Positions 1 to 8,423 of a stretch of 64,000 bases of DNA are shown one piece after another. The notes beneath the pieces were generated by a model, which did not search any database, was not told the origin of the DNA, and was given only the letters and a program-made list of their open reading frames with translations. Source of the stretch: an uncultured Candidatus Actinomarina sp. (GTDB taxonomy: Bacteria > Actinomycetota > Acidimicrobiia > Actinomarinales > Actinomarinaceae); contig CACGVI010000001.1 of assembly GCA_902576605.1 (NCBI GenBank), positions 29,429 through 93,428 on the forward strand. Reading direction: 5' to 3'. A program made the translations under genes and the position numbers. The number at the start of each line of letters is the position of its first letter. Position 1 is the first letter of the stretch.

Positions 1-1259
1 TCAAAAGTCATTAATCCATCCCCAGTGTTAGGATTTGGGAAGTTTGCAACCATTGAGCATATAGGCAATTCCTGTCTACTAGATCCACCAGAAGATATGT
101 CGAAAACAGCTGCGTGTGTAAATTTGCCTTCTCTTGGATATAGATCTAAATAAAAATATGCTAATTGTTGACCATCTTTTTCCCACAAAGACCATAGCTC
201 AACATCTTTATGCCATGCGGTTTGATTTGATTCAGGTTTTATTTTTAAATTAAACACTTCTTCACAAACTTTAAACATTTCAGTTTTAACATCATGTATG
301 TAAAAGTATTTTTTTAATTCACTATTTTCAATATTGCTTACTTTGCTTCTTTCTTTAGAAATAAAATAGCGGATATCCCAAGGTGCAATATCAGAAACCT
401 CTATATTGTCTGTAACAAGTTCATTTTTTTCTACTTCAGCGGCTTTTTGTAATTTTGGAATTAAGCTTTCGTACATTGACGACACACTTTTAGGTGACTT
501 TGCCATTCTATTCTGCAATCTATATTCAGCCCAAGTTTTAAATCCAAACAAGATAGCTTTTTCATTTCTAAGTACGACAGCTTCCTCAAGAATGGGACTG
601 TTTTCTCTTACAGCTCGGTTGTTAAAAGCTTTCCATACAATTTCTCTAGTTGACCTAACACTACAATTTTCCATGACTGCATTGATGTCTGGATAAGCCA
701 TTGTTACAACAAACTTATTTTTATCTTTTCTTAAGTTATCAAGTTCATTTTGGCTTAATCCTTTTAGTTCATTTTCATGAAACGACACTTCAGTTTTATC
801 TTTTGCAATATTTTCTGAAAAAGAAATACCAAGATCTATTAGCTTTTTCTCAATTTCTGTCAATCTATCTTTTTTTTCACTTGAAAGACCATGTCCTGCA
901 TCTTTGAAGTCAATTTCTAAATCCTTATAAAATGTTTTCGATTCCTCATCTAAATTATTTGTTTGTATTTTTTTAAACTTTTTGTATAGCTCTTGATCTT
1001 TAAATATTTCAAGTGCAAGATTTTGTATTTTTGAATCAGCTTCATTTCCAAAATCTCTTATCTTTTCATCTGGATGCACATCTCCCATAAATGCAATACG
1101 TCCAGAAAGATCATAAATTGTACTCTCTAGTTCATTAAATTTAGATAAATCAATATCTTCAGAAGATTTAATATTACTAACCAAAACTTTACATTCTTCA
1201 AATGTATTTTTTAAGTCTTCTTCTAATTTCCCTAAAGATATATCTGAATAGCTATACAC
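1..1259 (-). CDS. M3-family zinc metallopeptidase (oligopeptidase A / peptidyl-dipeptidase Dcp-like), N-terminal part; gene continues beyond the window start
   Basis: Open minus-strand frame from a GTG at 1257-1259 (preceded by AAAGGAG) to the window edge, missing from the ORF track because it has no in-window stop. Translation (VYSYSDISLGKLEED ... FYLDLYPREGKFTHAAVFDISSGG ...) resembles M3A peptidase N-terminal regions. The listed plus-strand ORFs 406-696 and 701-907 are antisense to it. Confidence 0.55.
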   Translation of the reverse strand, partial: MYSYSDISLGKLEEDLKNTFEECKVLVSNIKSSEDIDLSKFNELESTIYDLSGRIAFMGDVHPDEKIRDFGNEADSKIQNLALEIFKDQELYKKFKKIQTNNLDEESKTFYKDLEIDFKDAGHGLSSEKKDRLTEIEKKLIDLGISFSENIAKDKTEVSFHENELKGLSQNELDNLRKDKNKFVVTMAYPDINAVMENCSVRSTREIVWKAFNNRAVRENSPILEEAVVLRNEKAILFGFKTWAEYRLQNRMAKSPKSVSSMYESLIPKLQKAAEVEKNELVTDNIEVSDIAPWDIRYFISKERSKVSNIENSELKKYFYIHDVKTEMFKVCEEVFNLKIKPESNQTAWHKDVELWSLWEKDGQQLAYFYLDLYPREGKFTHAAVFDISSGGSSRQELPICSMVANFPNPNTGDGLMTF

Positions 1260-1296
1260 TCAACTCCTTTAACTTTTTATATGATAGTATTTAGTT

Positions 1297-1533
1297 ATGG
1301 AAATCAAACTTGAATTTTGTGTAGTTTGAAACTACACACCTCGTGCAGTTGGCACGATTGAAGATATCTTAGAAATTTACGGTAACAAAGTTACAAAAAT
1401 TCAACTAATTCCAAGCGGTGGTGGAGTGTTTGAATTCCACTTAAATGAAAAATTATTATTTTCAAAAAAAGAACTTGGAAGACACTCAGAAGATGGAGAA
1501 ATTCTTAAATTAATTGAAGAAGAAGTTGATTGA
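1297..1533 (+). CDS. SelW-like (Rdx family) selenoprotein, 78 codons with in-frame UGA (Sec) at 1327-1329
   Basis: ATG at 1297, in-frame TGA at codon 11, stop TGA at 1531-1533. Translation is MEIKLEFCVV-U-NYTPRAVGTIEDILEIYGNKVTKIQLIPSGGGVFEFHLNEKLLFSKKELGRHSEDGEILKLIEEEVD. The CxxU redox motif and the C-terminal GxFE(V/F)...(L/I)xSKK...G block align with SelW (CGAU ... TGFFEV..GKLIHSKKKGDG). Hairpins sit at and just after the UGA. Not in the ORF track because the frame is split by TGA. Confidence 0.7.
1341..1357 (+). promoter_or_regulatory. Candidate bacterial SECIS-like hairpin 12 nt downstream of the SelW-like UGA
   Basis: tcgtgc-aguug-gcacga is a 6-bp stem whose apical loop contains GU. 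Its position relative to the UGA (1327-1329) is compatible with a bacterial SECIS. Confidence 0.35.
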
Positions 1534-2264
1534 ACATACCGTTTGATTTGACCGTATTTGAAGTAATTTTTATTTCTATATTACTTTTTATTGGTTCAGC
1601 TGTTCAAGGTGTTTTGGGTTTTGGGTTTGCTGTCATCGCATCACCGATAATTGTTCAAATTGAGCCAAGTCTTGTACCGCAGCTGCTTGCTTTACTTGGT
1701 TTACCGATTGCTGTAAGAGTTTTTTACAGAGAAAAAGAAGAAGTTGATCTATCTAAAGTAAGGCCACTTATTTTAGGTCGGTTAATAGGTGGACCACTTG
1801 GACTCTTATTATTATTAAACTTATCTGAGAAATATTTATCAATCTCTGTAGGATTCATTGTTTTCATAGCTGGTGCAGGATCTTTTTTTGGTTGGGAAAT
1901 AAAAAGAAATGCTTCAAATTCTTTCTTTGCAGGTACTTTTTCAGGCATTTTTGGAATGATTGCAGCCATTGGTGGCCCACCCGTAGCGTTGCTTTATAGA
2001 AATACTAAATCTGAGGAATTTAGACCATCACTCAACAGTGTATTTAGTATAGGTATTTTGATTACCTTGTCTTTATTGATCCTAAGTGGCAATCTTTTTG
2101 TTGATCACCTTTTTTTATTTACCTTGTTTCTTCCAATTGTTTTAATAGGAATTAGAGTTTCTAGTTCTCTTTTCTCCAAAGTCTCCGATAGTTTTATTGC
2201 TCAGTCTGTAACATACTTTTCAATTATTTCAGGACTTTATGTTATTTTGAGAAATATAAATTAG
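1530..2264 (+). CDS. TauE/SafE (TSUP, DUF81) family membrane permease
   Basis: Polytopic membrane protein with GFGFAVIASPIIV and AAIGGPPVALLY motifs typical of TSUP transporters. Its TTG start overlaps the SelW-like stop (TTGA). Confidence 0.7.
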   Translation: MNIPFDLTVFEVIFISILLFIGSAVQGVLGFGFAVIASPIIVQIEPSLVPQLLALLGLPIAVRVFYREKEEVDLSKVRPLILGRLIGGPLGLLLLLNLSEKYLSISVGFIVFIAGAGSFFGWEIKRNASNSFFAGTFSGIFGMIAAIGGPPVALLYRNTKSEEFRPSLNSVFSIGILITLSLLILSGNLFVDHLFLFTLFLPIVLIGIRVSSSLFSKVSDSFIAQSVTYFSIISGLYVILRNIN

Positions 2265-2302
2265 TTTATTTCAACTAGGGGGATTATTAACATGATAAGC
2301 AT

Positions 2303-3790
2303 ATGTTTATGAATGCCACTATCGCCGGTTTACTTTATTTCTTAAGTTTTCCACCATATGATTTTTGGTACTTAATTTTTCCAGCATTATATCTTTTTTA
2401 TTACTCATTGATATCTAAGGAAAAACCTTTTTTATCAGGATTTATTTTTGGGTGTCTTGCTTACGGTGTGATTTTATTAGGAATTCAATCAATAGGACTT
2501 GAAGCATGGATTCCATTGACAGTTTTAATGGGATTAATTTATGGAATATTCGCAAAACTATTTTCTTATCTCAATACAAAATCCGAAAATAATTTTTTTG
2601 TATTATTGGCAGCTTTAGCGATCTTTGATCTACTAAGATCATATTTTCCTTTTGGTGGATTTCCCTGGGGTTTTTCATCAACAGTGTTATTAAGTGGACC
2701 TATAGACAGCCTCCTATTTTTTGAAGTTCCTCTGTATTTCAAAAATTTTGGTCCAACAGGTTCTTCTCTCTTATTACAATCCCTTCCTTTAATAATTGCA
2801 CTGGGTGTCTTTTCAAAAAACAAACAAAAAATCTATTTAAAAAACTACATCATATTTTCATTGATAATTTTTACAATAATAATTTTAAATTTTGTGGTTG
2901 GTGACTACCAGAATGCTCAAACAGAAACATCAGAATTAGATATTGTAATCGTTCAAGGTAACAGCCCCTGTCCTGGTGCAAAAAACAGATGTAACAATGA
3001 AAGACAAAAAATCTACGATAGCCATTTATTGCAAACCCAATCTCTAAATGGAGGTTTTGATTTAGTTGTTTGGCCTGAAAGTTCAACAGGATTTAACAAT
3101 GATCCTGGAATACATACTAGGGTTCAAAATGATATTTCTATTGAGGCACTTAGATTAGATTCGTATTTTCTAATAGGTGGAGATAGGCCGGTACAAAAAA
3201 AATATTTTGAAAATTACGGTATCTTCATTAACAAGAACGGAGAGGTTGTAGACCAATATTTAAAACAGCATCCAGTTCCATTTGGAGAGTATATTCCATT
3301 TAGAAAATATTTAGATTGGATTCCTTCATTATCACTAGTTCCCCGTGACATGATTAAGGGTGATGGTCAAAAAATATTTATGGTTAATGATACAAAAATT
3401 TCAGCTGTTATTTCGTTTGAAGGATCGTTCCAAAGATATATTAGAAATAGTGTCTTAGAAGGTGCAGAGTTAATTGTAATCCTTACCAACCAAGCAAGTT
3501 ATGGCGAAAGCGGTATGTCAGACCAATTTATTTTAATGTCTATGGCAAATGCAATTTCAAACGAGAGACCAGTTGTGCATGCAGCAATAACTGGTAAATC
3601 AGCATTTATAGATCATAATGGAAAAGTTATTTCCAAAACTCAATTATTTGAAACAGGAACATTGAGTGAAACACTTGAAACAAGACAGAATGAAACTCCT
3701 TACAGTAAATATGGAAATTATTTGAATTATATTTTTATAATATCTGGAGCTATTGTTTTTTCCAAAAAATTTATTCGTCCAGTTGGTTAA
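2303..3790 (+). CDS. lnt: Apolipoprotein N-acyltransferase (Lnt) homolog with a C-terminal CN-hydrolase domain; catalytic Cys position is Ser
   Basis: N-terminal multi-TM domain plus nitrilase-like domain. VVWPESS corresponds to E. coli E267 and YLKQHPVPFGEYIPF to the K335 region. E. coli 'AICYE' (C387) is 'VISFE' here. Confidence 0.7.
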   Translation: MFMNATIAGLLYFLSFPPYDFWYLIFPALYLFYYSLISKEKPFLSGFIFGCLAYGVILLGIQSIGLEAWIPLTVLMGLIYGIFAKLFSYLNTKSENNFFVLLAALAIFDLLRSYFPFGGFPWGFSSTVLLSGPIDSLLFFEVPLYFKNFGPTGSSLLLQSLPLIIALGVFSKNKQKIYLKNYIIFSLIIFTIIILNFVVGDYQNAQTETSELDIVIVQGNSPCPGAKNRCNNERQKIYDSHLLQTQSLNGGFDLVVWPESSTGFNNDPGIHTRVQNDISIEALRLDSYFLIGGDRPVQKKYFENYGIFINKNGEVVDQYLKQHPVPFGEYIPFRKYLDWIPSLSLVPRDMIKGDGQKIFMVNDTKISAVISFEGSFQRYIRNSVLEGAELIVILTNQASYGESGMSDQFILMSMANAISNERPVVHAAITGKSAFIDHNGKVISKTQLFETGTLSETLETRQNETPYSKYGNYLNYIFIISGAIVFSKKFIRPVG

Positions 3791-4991
3791 ATGGCAAGTT
3801 TTTCATTGCCACAGCCTCTATTACACCACTCTGGAAAACACGCAATCCAAATTTTGGAAGAATTGCAAATAAATGATCAAAAATATCTGATTGTATTTTT
3901 TCGTAGGCAACCCATTCGGTCGTGTTTGTAAATGTATAAATTTCTATAGGTACTCCTTCAGGCGAAGAGGGTAGCTGACGAACTAAAAAAGTCATGCTGT
4001 CAGTATTTAAACTTTGACTCTGTTTTAAATAGTTCTCAACATATGCTCTAAATGTTCCAATATTTGTTAATCTTCTTGTTTCTAATTGATTAGATGACTC
4101 ACTATTTAATTTATTAAACTCCTCTAATTCTTTGTTTTTTTCTGCAATGTAGCCACTGATTGGTGAAAGAGTTTGAAGTTCAGCTGTTTCTTCTGAAGTT
4201 AAGAACTTGATACTAGAAATATCAATTAATAAAGATCTTTTTATTCTCCTACCTCCATATTCAGACATTGCTCTCCAGTTTTTAACAGAGGTATTAACAA
4301 TTTTTGATGTAGGAATTGTTGTAATTGTCTTATCCCAGTTCTGTACTTTTACAGTATGTAGGGCTATATCCACAACATCTCCATCTGCACCAAACTCAGG
4401 AACTTCCACCCAGTCACCAATTTTAATTATGTCGTTTTGACCAATTTGAACTGATGCTACAAAAGAAAGTATTGTATCCTGAAAAACTAATAATAGTACA
4501 GCAGTCAAAGCTCCAAGACCACTTATGTAATAAGCAACTGATTGCCCAGTTATAATTGCAAAGATAATTATTGCAATGAATGATGCAATAATTATCTTTA
4601 TTATTTGAATATATCCCTTGATAGGTTTATTTTTTAATACATCTATATTTTCAGAAACTTTATTAAACACAGTAAGCATTTCAAGAATGGTAAGACCGAC
4701 GAACAAAGTCAGTAATGAATCAAGAAGTCTAGAAATTATTGGATTTGAAAATATTTCAAGATTAAATCTAGGAGATGAGGTCAAAAAGGTAAAAACTATA
4801 ATTACTAGAACATATGAAAGTCGATTCAGAAATTTTTTTTCCAGAAACAAATCATCAATAAACGTCGATGTTCTATTTGCTATTCTTTTCAATATTGGAA
4901 AGAGGATGCTTCTCAATACAAAATAAGTAATAATTAAAATTCCAAAAATTATTGCAATAGACGATAGTTCATAGCTTGATAAATTATTCAT
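3771..4991 (-). CDS. Small-conductance mechanosensitive channel (MscS family)
   Basis: N-terminal TM helices followed by the MscS beta-domain (IGDWVEVPEFGADGDVVDIALHTVKVQNWDKTITTIPTSKIVNTSVKNW). Confidence 0.8.
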   Translation of the reverse strand: MNNLSSYELSSIAIIFGILIITYFVLRSILFPILKRIANRTSTFIDDLFLEKKFLNRLSYVLVIIVFTFLTSSPRFNLEIFSNPIISRLLDSLLTLFVGLTILEMLTVFNKVSENIDVLKNKPIKGYIQIIKIIIASFIAIIIFAIITGQSVAYYISGLGALTAVLLLVFQDTILSFVASVQIGQNDIIKIGDWVEVPEFGADGDVVDIALHTVKVQNWDKTITTIPTSKIVNTSVKNWRAMSEYGGRRIKRSLLIDISSIKFLTSEETAELQTLSPISGYIAEKNKELEEFNKLNSESSNQLETRRLTNIGTFRAYVENYLKQSQSLNTDSMTFLVRQLPSSPEGVPIEIYTFTNTTEWVAYEKIQSDIFDHLFAILPKFGLRVFQSGVIEAVAMKNLPFNQLDE

Positions 4992-5005
4992 AATTAAATT
5001 TTACC

Positions 5006-5686
5006 TTAAAATCCTTTTTGTTGACTTATCCAAGGTTCAGGTGAATTATTTACGAATTCTTCAACACTTGGACCATTTAATTTTTGTAAACTTCTTTGAC
5101 CGACGATATATGAAATTACTAAAAGAATCAAGGTGCTTTGATTAGATGTTGCAAGTTTGATTACAACCAGTATTTCAGGATTGTTAAAGAAGTAAATTTG
5201 TAACCCAGCCTTTAGAGACAAATAAATGGTCCAGATAATAGCAACTTTTGTATAAGCAGGCCGTACTCTTGGGTGAAGATACCACCCTTTAGGCCAATTC
5301 CTAAATGCTTTTGAACTGTAAATGGTAAATGGCTTTCTCACTAATATCGAAATTAATCCAAAAATTGCAATTGTTGCATCTCTTATAATTCCAGGAATGA
5401 AAAACCCAGAAGCACTTCCTTGTAGTCTTGCTACAAGTAATGCAATAGCAGATCCAACAAATCCGTAAAATACATACTTTAAATCTTGCTTTCTTAGTCT
5501 TCTGTAAATTAGAAAAACAATTAGTAATCCACCTGTACTAAAGATCGCTGTATTTAAATCAACGAAGTTAGCCAACACAACAAAAAACACAGGAGCAATT
5601 ACAGCATCAATTACACCTTCATTATTTGGAAGTAAATCTTTAACTTCTTCTCTTATTTCAAGAAATTTTGATTTAAATTTATCCAA
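5006..5686 (-). CDS. Hypothetical integral membrane protein (DUF3159-like?)
   Basis: 226 aa with 5-6 predicted TM segments and no recognisable catalytic motif. Sits immediately downstream of purB. Confidence 0.4.
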   Translation of the reverse strand: MDKFKSKFLEIREEVKDLLPNNEGVIDAVIAPVFFVVLANFVDLNTAIFSTGGLLIVFLIYRRLRKQDLKYVFYGFVGSAIALLVARLQGSASGFFIPGIIRDATIAIFGLISILVRKPFTIYSSKAFRNWPKGWYLHPRVRPAYTKVAIIWTIYLSLKAGLQIYFFNNPEILVVIKLATSNQSTLILLVISYIVGQRSLQKLNGPSVEEFVNNSPEPWISQQKGF

Positions 5687-5687
5687 T

Positions 5688-6950
5688 TTATTGAAACTTA
5701 TCTTTAAACGTTTTTTCGTCTACGTTTTTATTAACTTGATTTTCTAAATCTGTAAATTCTAATTTAAATTCTTTTTCAAGCTCTTTTTTTAGTTCTTCAG
5801 CAGATAAATTGTTAAAAATTTTTTCTTGAATTTTTCTATATGCAGCATCTCTGTCAATTCCGTTATTCACAAGATATGAAAGATATTTTTGACTTACAGA
5901 TTTATTTTTTGCATCTTCAAGGTTTATATTTATTTGTTCATAATTTATAACAAGATTTTTAAGTATTGAATTCAACTCGATACTCATAAAACTAATAAGG
6001 TGAAAAGCATCAGGAAGCATAATTCTTTCTACAGAGGAATTAGAAATATCTCTTTCGTTCCATAAAACCATATTCTCTAAGCTAGTGCTTACATAAGATC
6101 TCATTATTCTTGCTAAACCGGTTATTCTTTCGCTACCAATAGGGTTCTTTTTGTGTGGCATTGCCGAAGAACCTTTTTGCCCATCTTTAAATGACTCGAA
6201 CATTTCAGATATTTCAGAACGCTGATAGACACGTATGTTTGTAGCAATCCTCTCATAAGTAGATGCGAGTATACCAAGCGAGCTAACAACCTCTGCATAC
6301 CGGTCTCTACTCACAATCTGATTTGCAAACTGTTCAGACTTTAAACTCAATTTCTCGAGTGTAAGCTTCTCCATTTCAGAAGTAACTACTGAGTGGTTTC
6401 CAACTGGGCCACTTAATTTCCCAAAAGAAATATTATTTTTAGAATTTTCAAGTCGATTCAATCCTCTATCAACTTCTTGATGCCAGTTGCCAAAAATATT
6501 TCCTAAAAAAGTTTCTTCCGCATAAACACCGTGAGTTCTTCCAATAATCAAAGTATCTTTTTCTTGTACAGCTTTGTCCTGTAAAGTTGAAAGCAAATCG
6601 CTAATTAAACCCTTAACATGATCTAATGATTGTATAATTAATACACTATTTGCCGTATCTACTATATCTGAGCTTGTTAATCCGTAATGTATCCAATTAG
6701 AACCTTCACCCACTTTTTTTTGTAATATATCAACAAATGAAGCTAAGTCATGGTTTGTAATCTCTTCTTGTTTATATACTTCATCTTTTTTAACTACTGA
6801 TTGATTTATTTTTTTAGCGATACCTTTTTCAGCTACACCTAACTCTTCTAGTGTCTCAACATATTTTTCTTGAACCAATTTCCATGTATCGAATTTGTTT
6901 TGATCGTCCCAAATAGAATTAATTTCTGGATTTAAATATCTCTCTATCAT
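5688..6950 (-). CDS. purB: Adenylosuccinate lyase
   Basis: Fumarate-lyase signature GSSAMPHKKNP, with the GRTHGVYAEETFLGNIFGNW region. Confidence 0.9.
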   Translation of the reverse strand: MIERYLNPEINSIWDDQNKFDTWKLVQEKYVETLEELGVAEKGIAKKINQSVVKKDEVYKQEEITNHDLASFVDILQKKVGEGSNWIHYGLTSSDIVDTANSVLIIQSLDHVKGLISDLLSTLQDKAVQEKDTLIIGRTHGVYAEETFLGNIFGNWHQEVDRGLNRLENSKNNISFGKLSGPVGNHSVVTSEMEKLTLEKLSLKSEQFANQIVSRDRYAEVVSSLGILASTYERIATNIRVYQRSEISEMFESFKDGQKGSSAMPHKKNPIGSERITGLARIMRSYVSTSLENMVLWNERDISNSSVERIMLPDAFHLISFMSIELNSILKNLVINYEQININLEDAKNKSVSQKYLSYLVNNGIDRDAAYRKIQEKIFNNLSAEELKKELEKEFKLEFTDLENQVNKNVDEKTFKDKFQ

Positions 6951-6951
6951 T

Positions 6952-8223
6952 TTAAATTATTATATTTTCTGTTCTCTCTGGCCCAACAGAGATGAACGTA
7001 ATTGGTACTTCAATAAACTCTTCAATAGCTTTGATGTAAGTTTGAGCATTTTTTGGTAAGTCCTCAAAATTCTTTATAGAGGTAATATCTTCTGTCCAGC
7101 CATCAAAAGTTTTATAAACAGGCTCAGCTTTATAATGAACACTTTCTTTATATGGATAATCTGTGAGAAGCTCATTTTCATATTTGTATCCAATACATAA
7201 ATTTATTTTTTCGAGTCCTGAGAGAACATCAAGTTTAGTTATAAATAGCTCAGTTAATGAGTTAACTCTAACTGAATACTTTAACGAAATTAAATCAAGC
7301 CAACCACATCTTCTTCTACGTCCTGTAACAACCCCAAATTCAGCACCCTTTTCAATGAGATAGTCACCTACTTCATTTTTCTGTTCGGTTATAAAAGGAC
7401 CACTTCCAACTCGAGATATATAGGCTTTTGTAACTCCAATAACACGATCAATATTTTTCGGACCAACTCCAGATCCAATAGCAGCATTACCTGCAGATGT
7501 ATTTGAGCTAGTCACAAATGGATAAGTGCCATGATCTATATCCAGTAGTGTTCCCTGGGCGCCTTCAAATAAAATAGTCTTATTATTTTTGATAGCTTTT
7601 TCAATTAAAAGTGAAGTGTCTTTTACATGGCGAGCGACAATATCTATATAAGAATTAAATTCTTTAATTATTTCATCAGCTATCAAAGGAGGTTGTTCGT
7701 AGATTTTTGTAAGTGTAAGATTAGTTTCTTCAACATTAGATTTTACTTTTTTTTCAAATACTTCCTGGTTTAACAAGTCTTGCACCCTGATACCACGCCT
7801 TTGTATTTTGTCAGCATAACATGGACCAATTCCTTTTTTTGTAGTCCCTATTTTGTTTTCTCCTAAACTTTCTTCGATTAATTCATCAAGCAATTTATGA
7901 TAAGGCATTACTAGGTGGGCGTTTGGTGAAATAGCTAACTTATCAGTGTCAATATCTTTATTATTTAGCATTTCAAGTTCTTGTTTTAAAAAGCCGAGGT
8001 CTACTACACATCCTGAACCAATTACCGGAACACATTCAGGATATAGAACTCCAGAGGGTGTTAAAGACAGAGCAATTCTCTCTTCCCCAACAACAATTGT
8101 GTGACCGGCATTGTTTCCGCCTTGAAATCTGACAACAAAATCAGCTGTAGAAGCAAAAAAATCTGTGACTTTACCCTTACCTTCATCTCCCCACTGGGCG
8201 CCGAGAACTACGGTAGTGGACAA
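6952..8223 (-). CDS. purA: Adenylosuccinate synthetase
   Basis: N-terminal GAQWGDEGKGK P-loop, GGNNAGHT motif, 423 aa. Confidence 0.95.
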   Translation of the reverse strand: MSTTVVLGAQWGDEGKGKVTDFFASTADFVVRFQGGNNAGHTIVVGEERIALSLTPSGVLYPECVPVIGSGCVVDLGFLKQELEMLNNKDIDTDKLAISPNAHLVMPYHKLLDELIEESLGENKIGTTKKGIGPCYADKIQRRGIRVQDLLNQEVFEKKVKSNVEETNLTLTKIYEQPPLIADEIIKEFNSYIDIVARHVKDTSLLIEKAIKNNKTILFEGAQGTLLDIDHGTYPFVTSSNTSAGNAAIGSGVGPKNIDRVIGVTKAYISRVGSGPFITEQKNEVGDYLIEKGAEFGVVTGRRRRCGWLDLISLKYSVRVNSLTELFITKLDVLSGLEKINLCIGYKYENELLTDYPYKESVHYKAEPVYKTFDGWTEDITSIKNFEDLPKNAQTYIKAIEEFIEVPITFISVGPERTENIII

Positions 8224-8423
8224 TTTTTTCTCCTTAGATACAACATAAAATAATAATGCAGTTTTCTTCTAAACAGTAGAGGTTTCTTAGCGAATTTATA
8301 TTAAATTGCAAACAGTTTGTTTATTTACATAATTTTTCGTTGGTACATAAATAAAACTATATTAAATTAATAACATACGGCTTCTTAGGAAGCTGTCTAC
8401 TTTTAATTAAAAGGAGATAAACA

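Noticed and set aside
406-907. Two listed plus-strand ORFs (406-696, 701-907)
   Set aside because: They lie antisense to a long uninterrupted minus-strand frame with clear M3-peptidase similarity. They have low-complexity S/F/L-rich translations and no RBS, so they are shadow ORFs.
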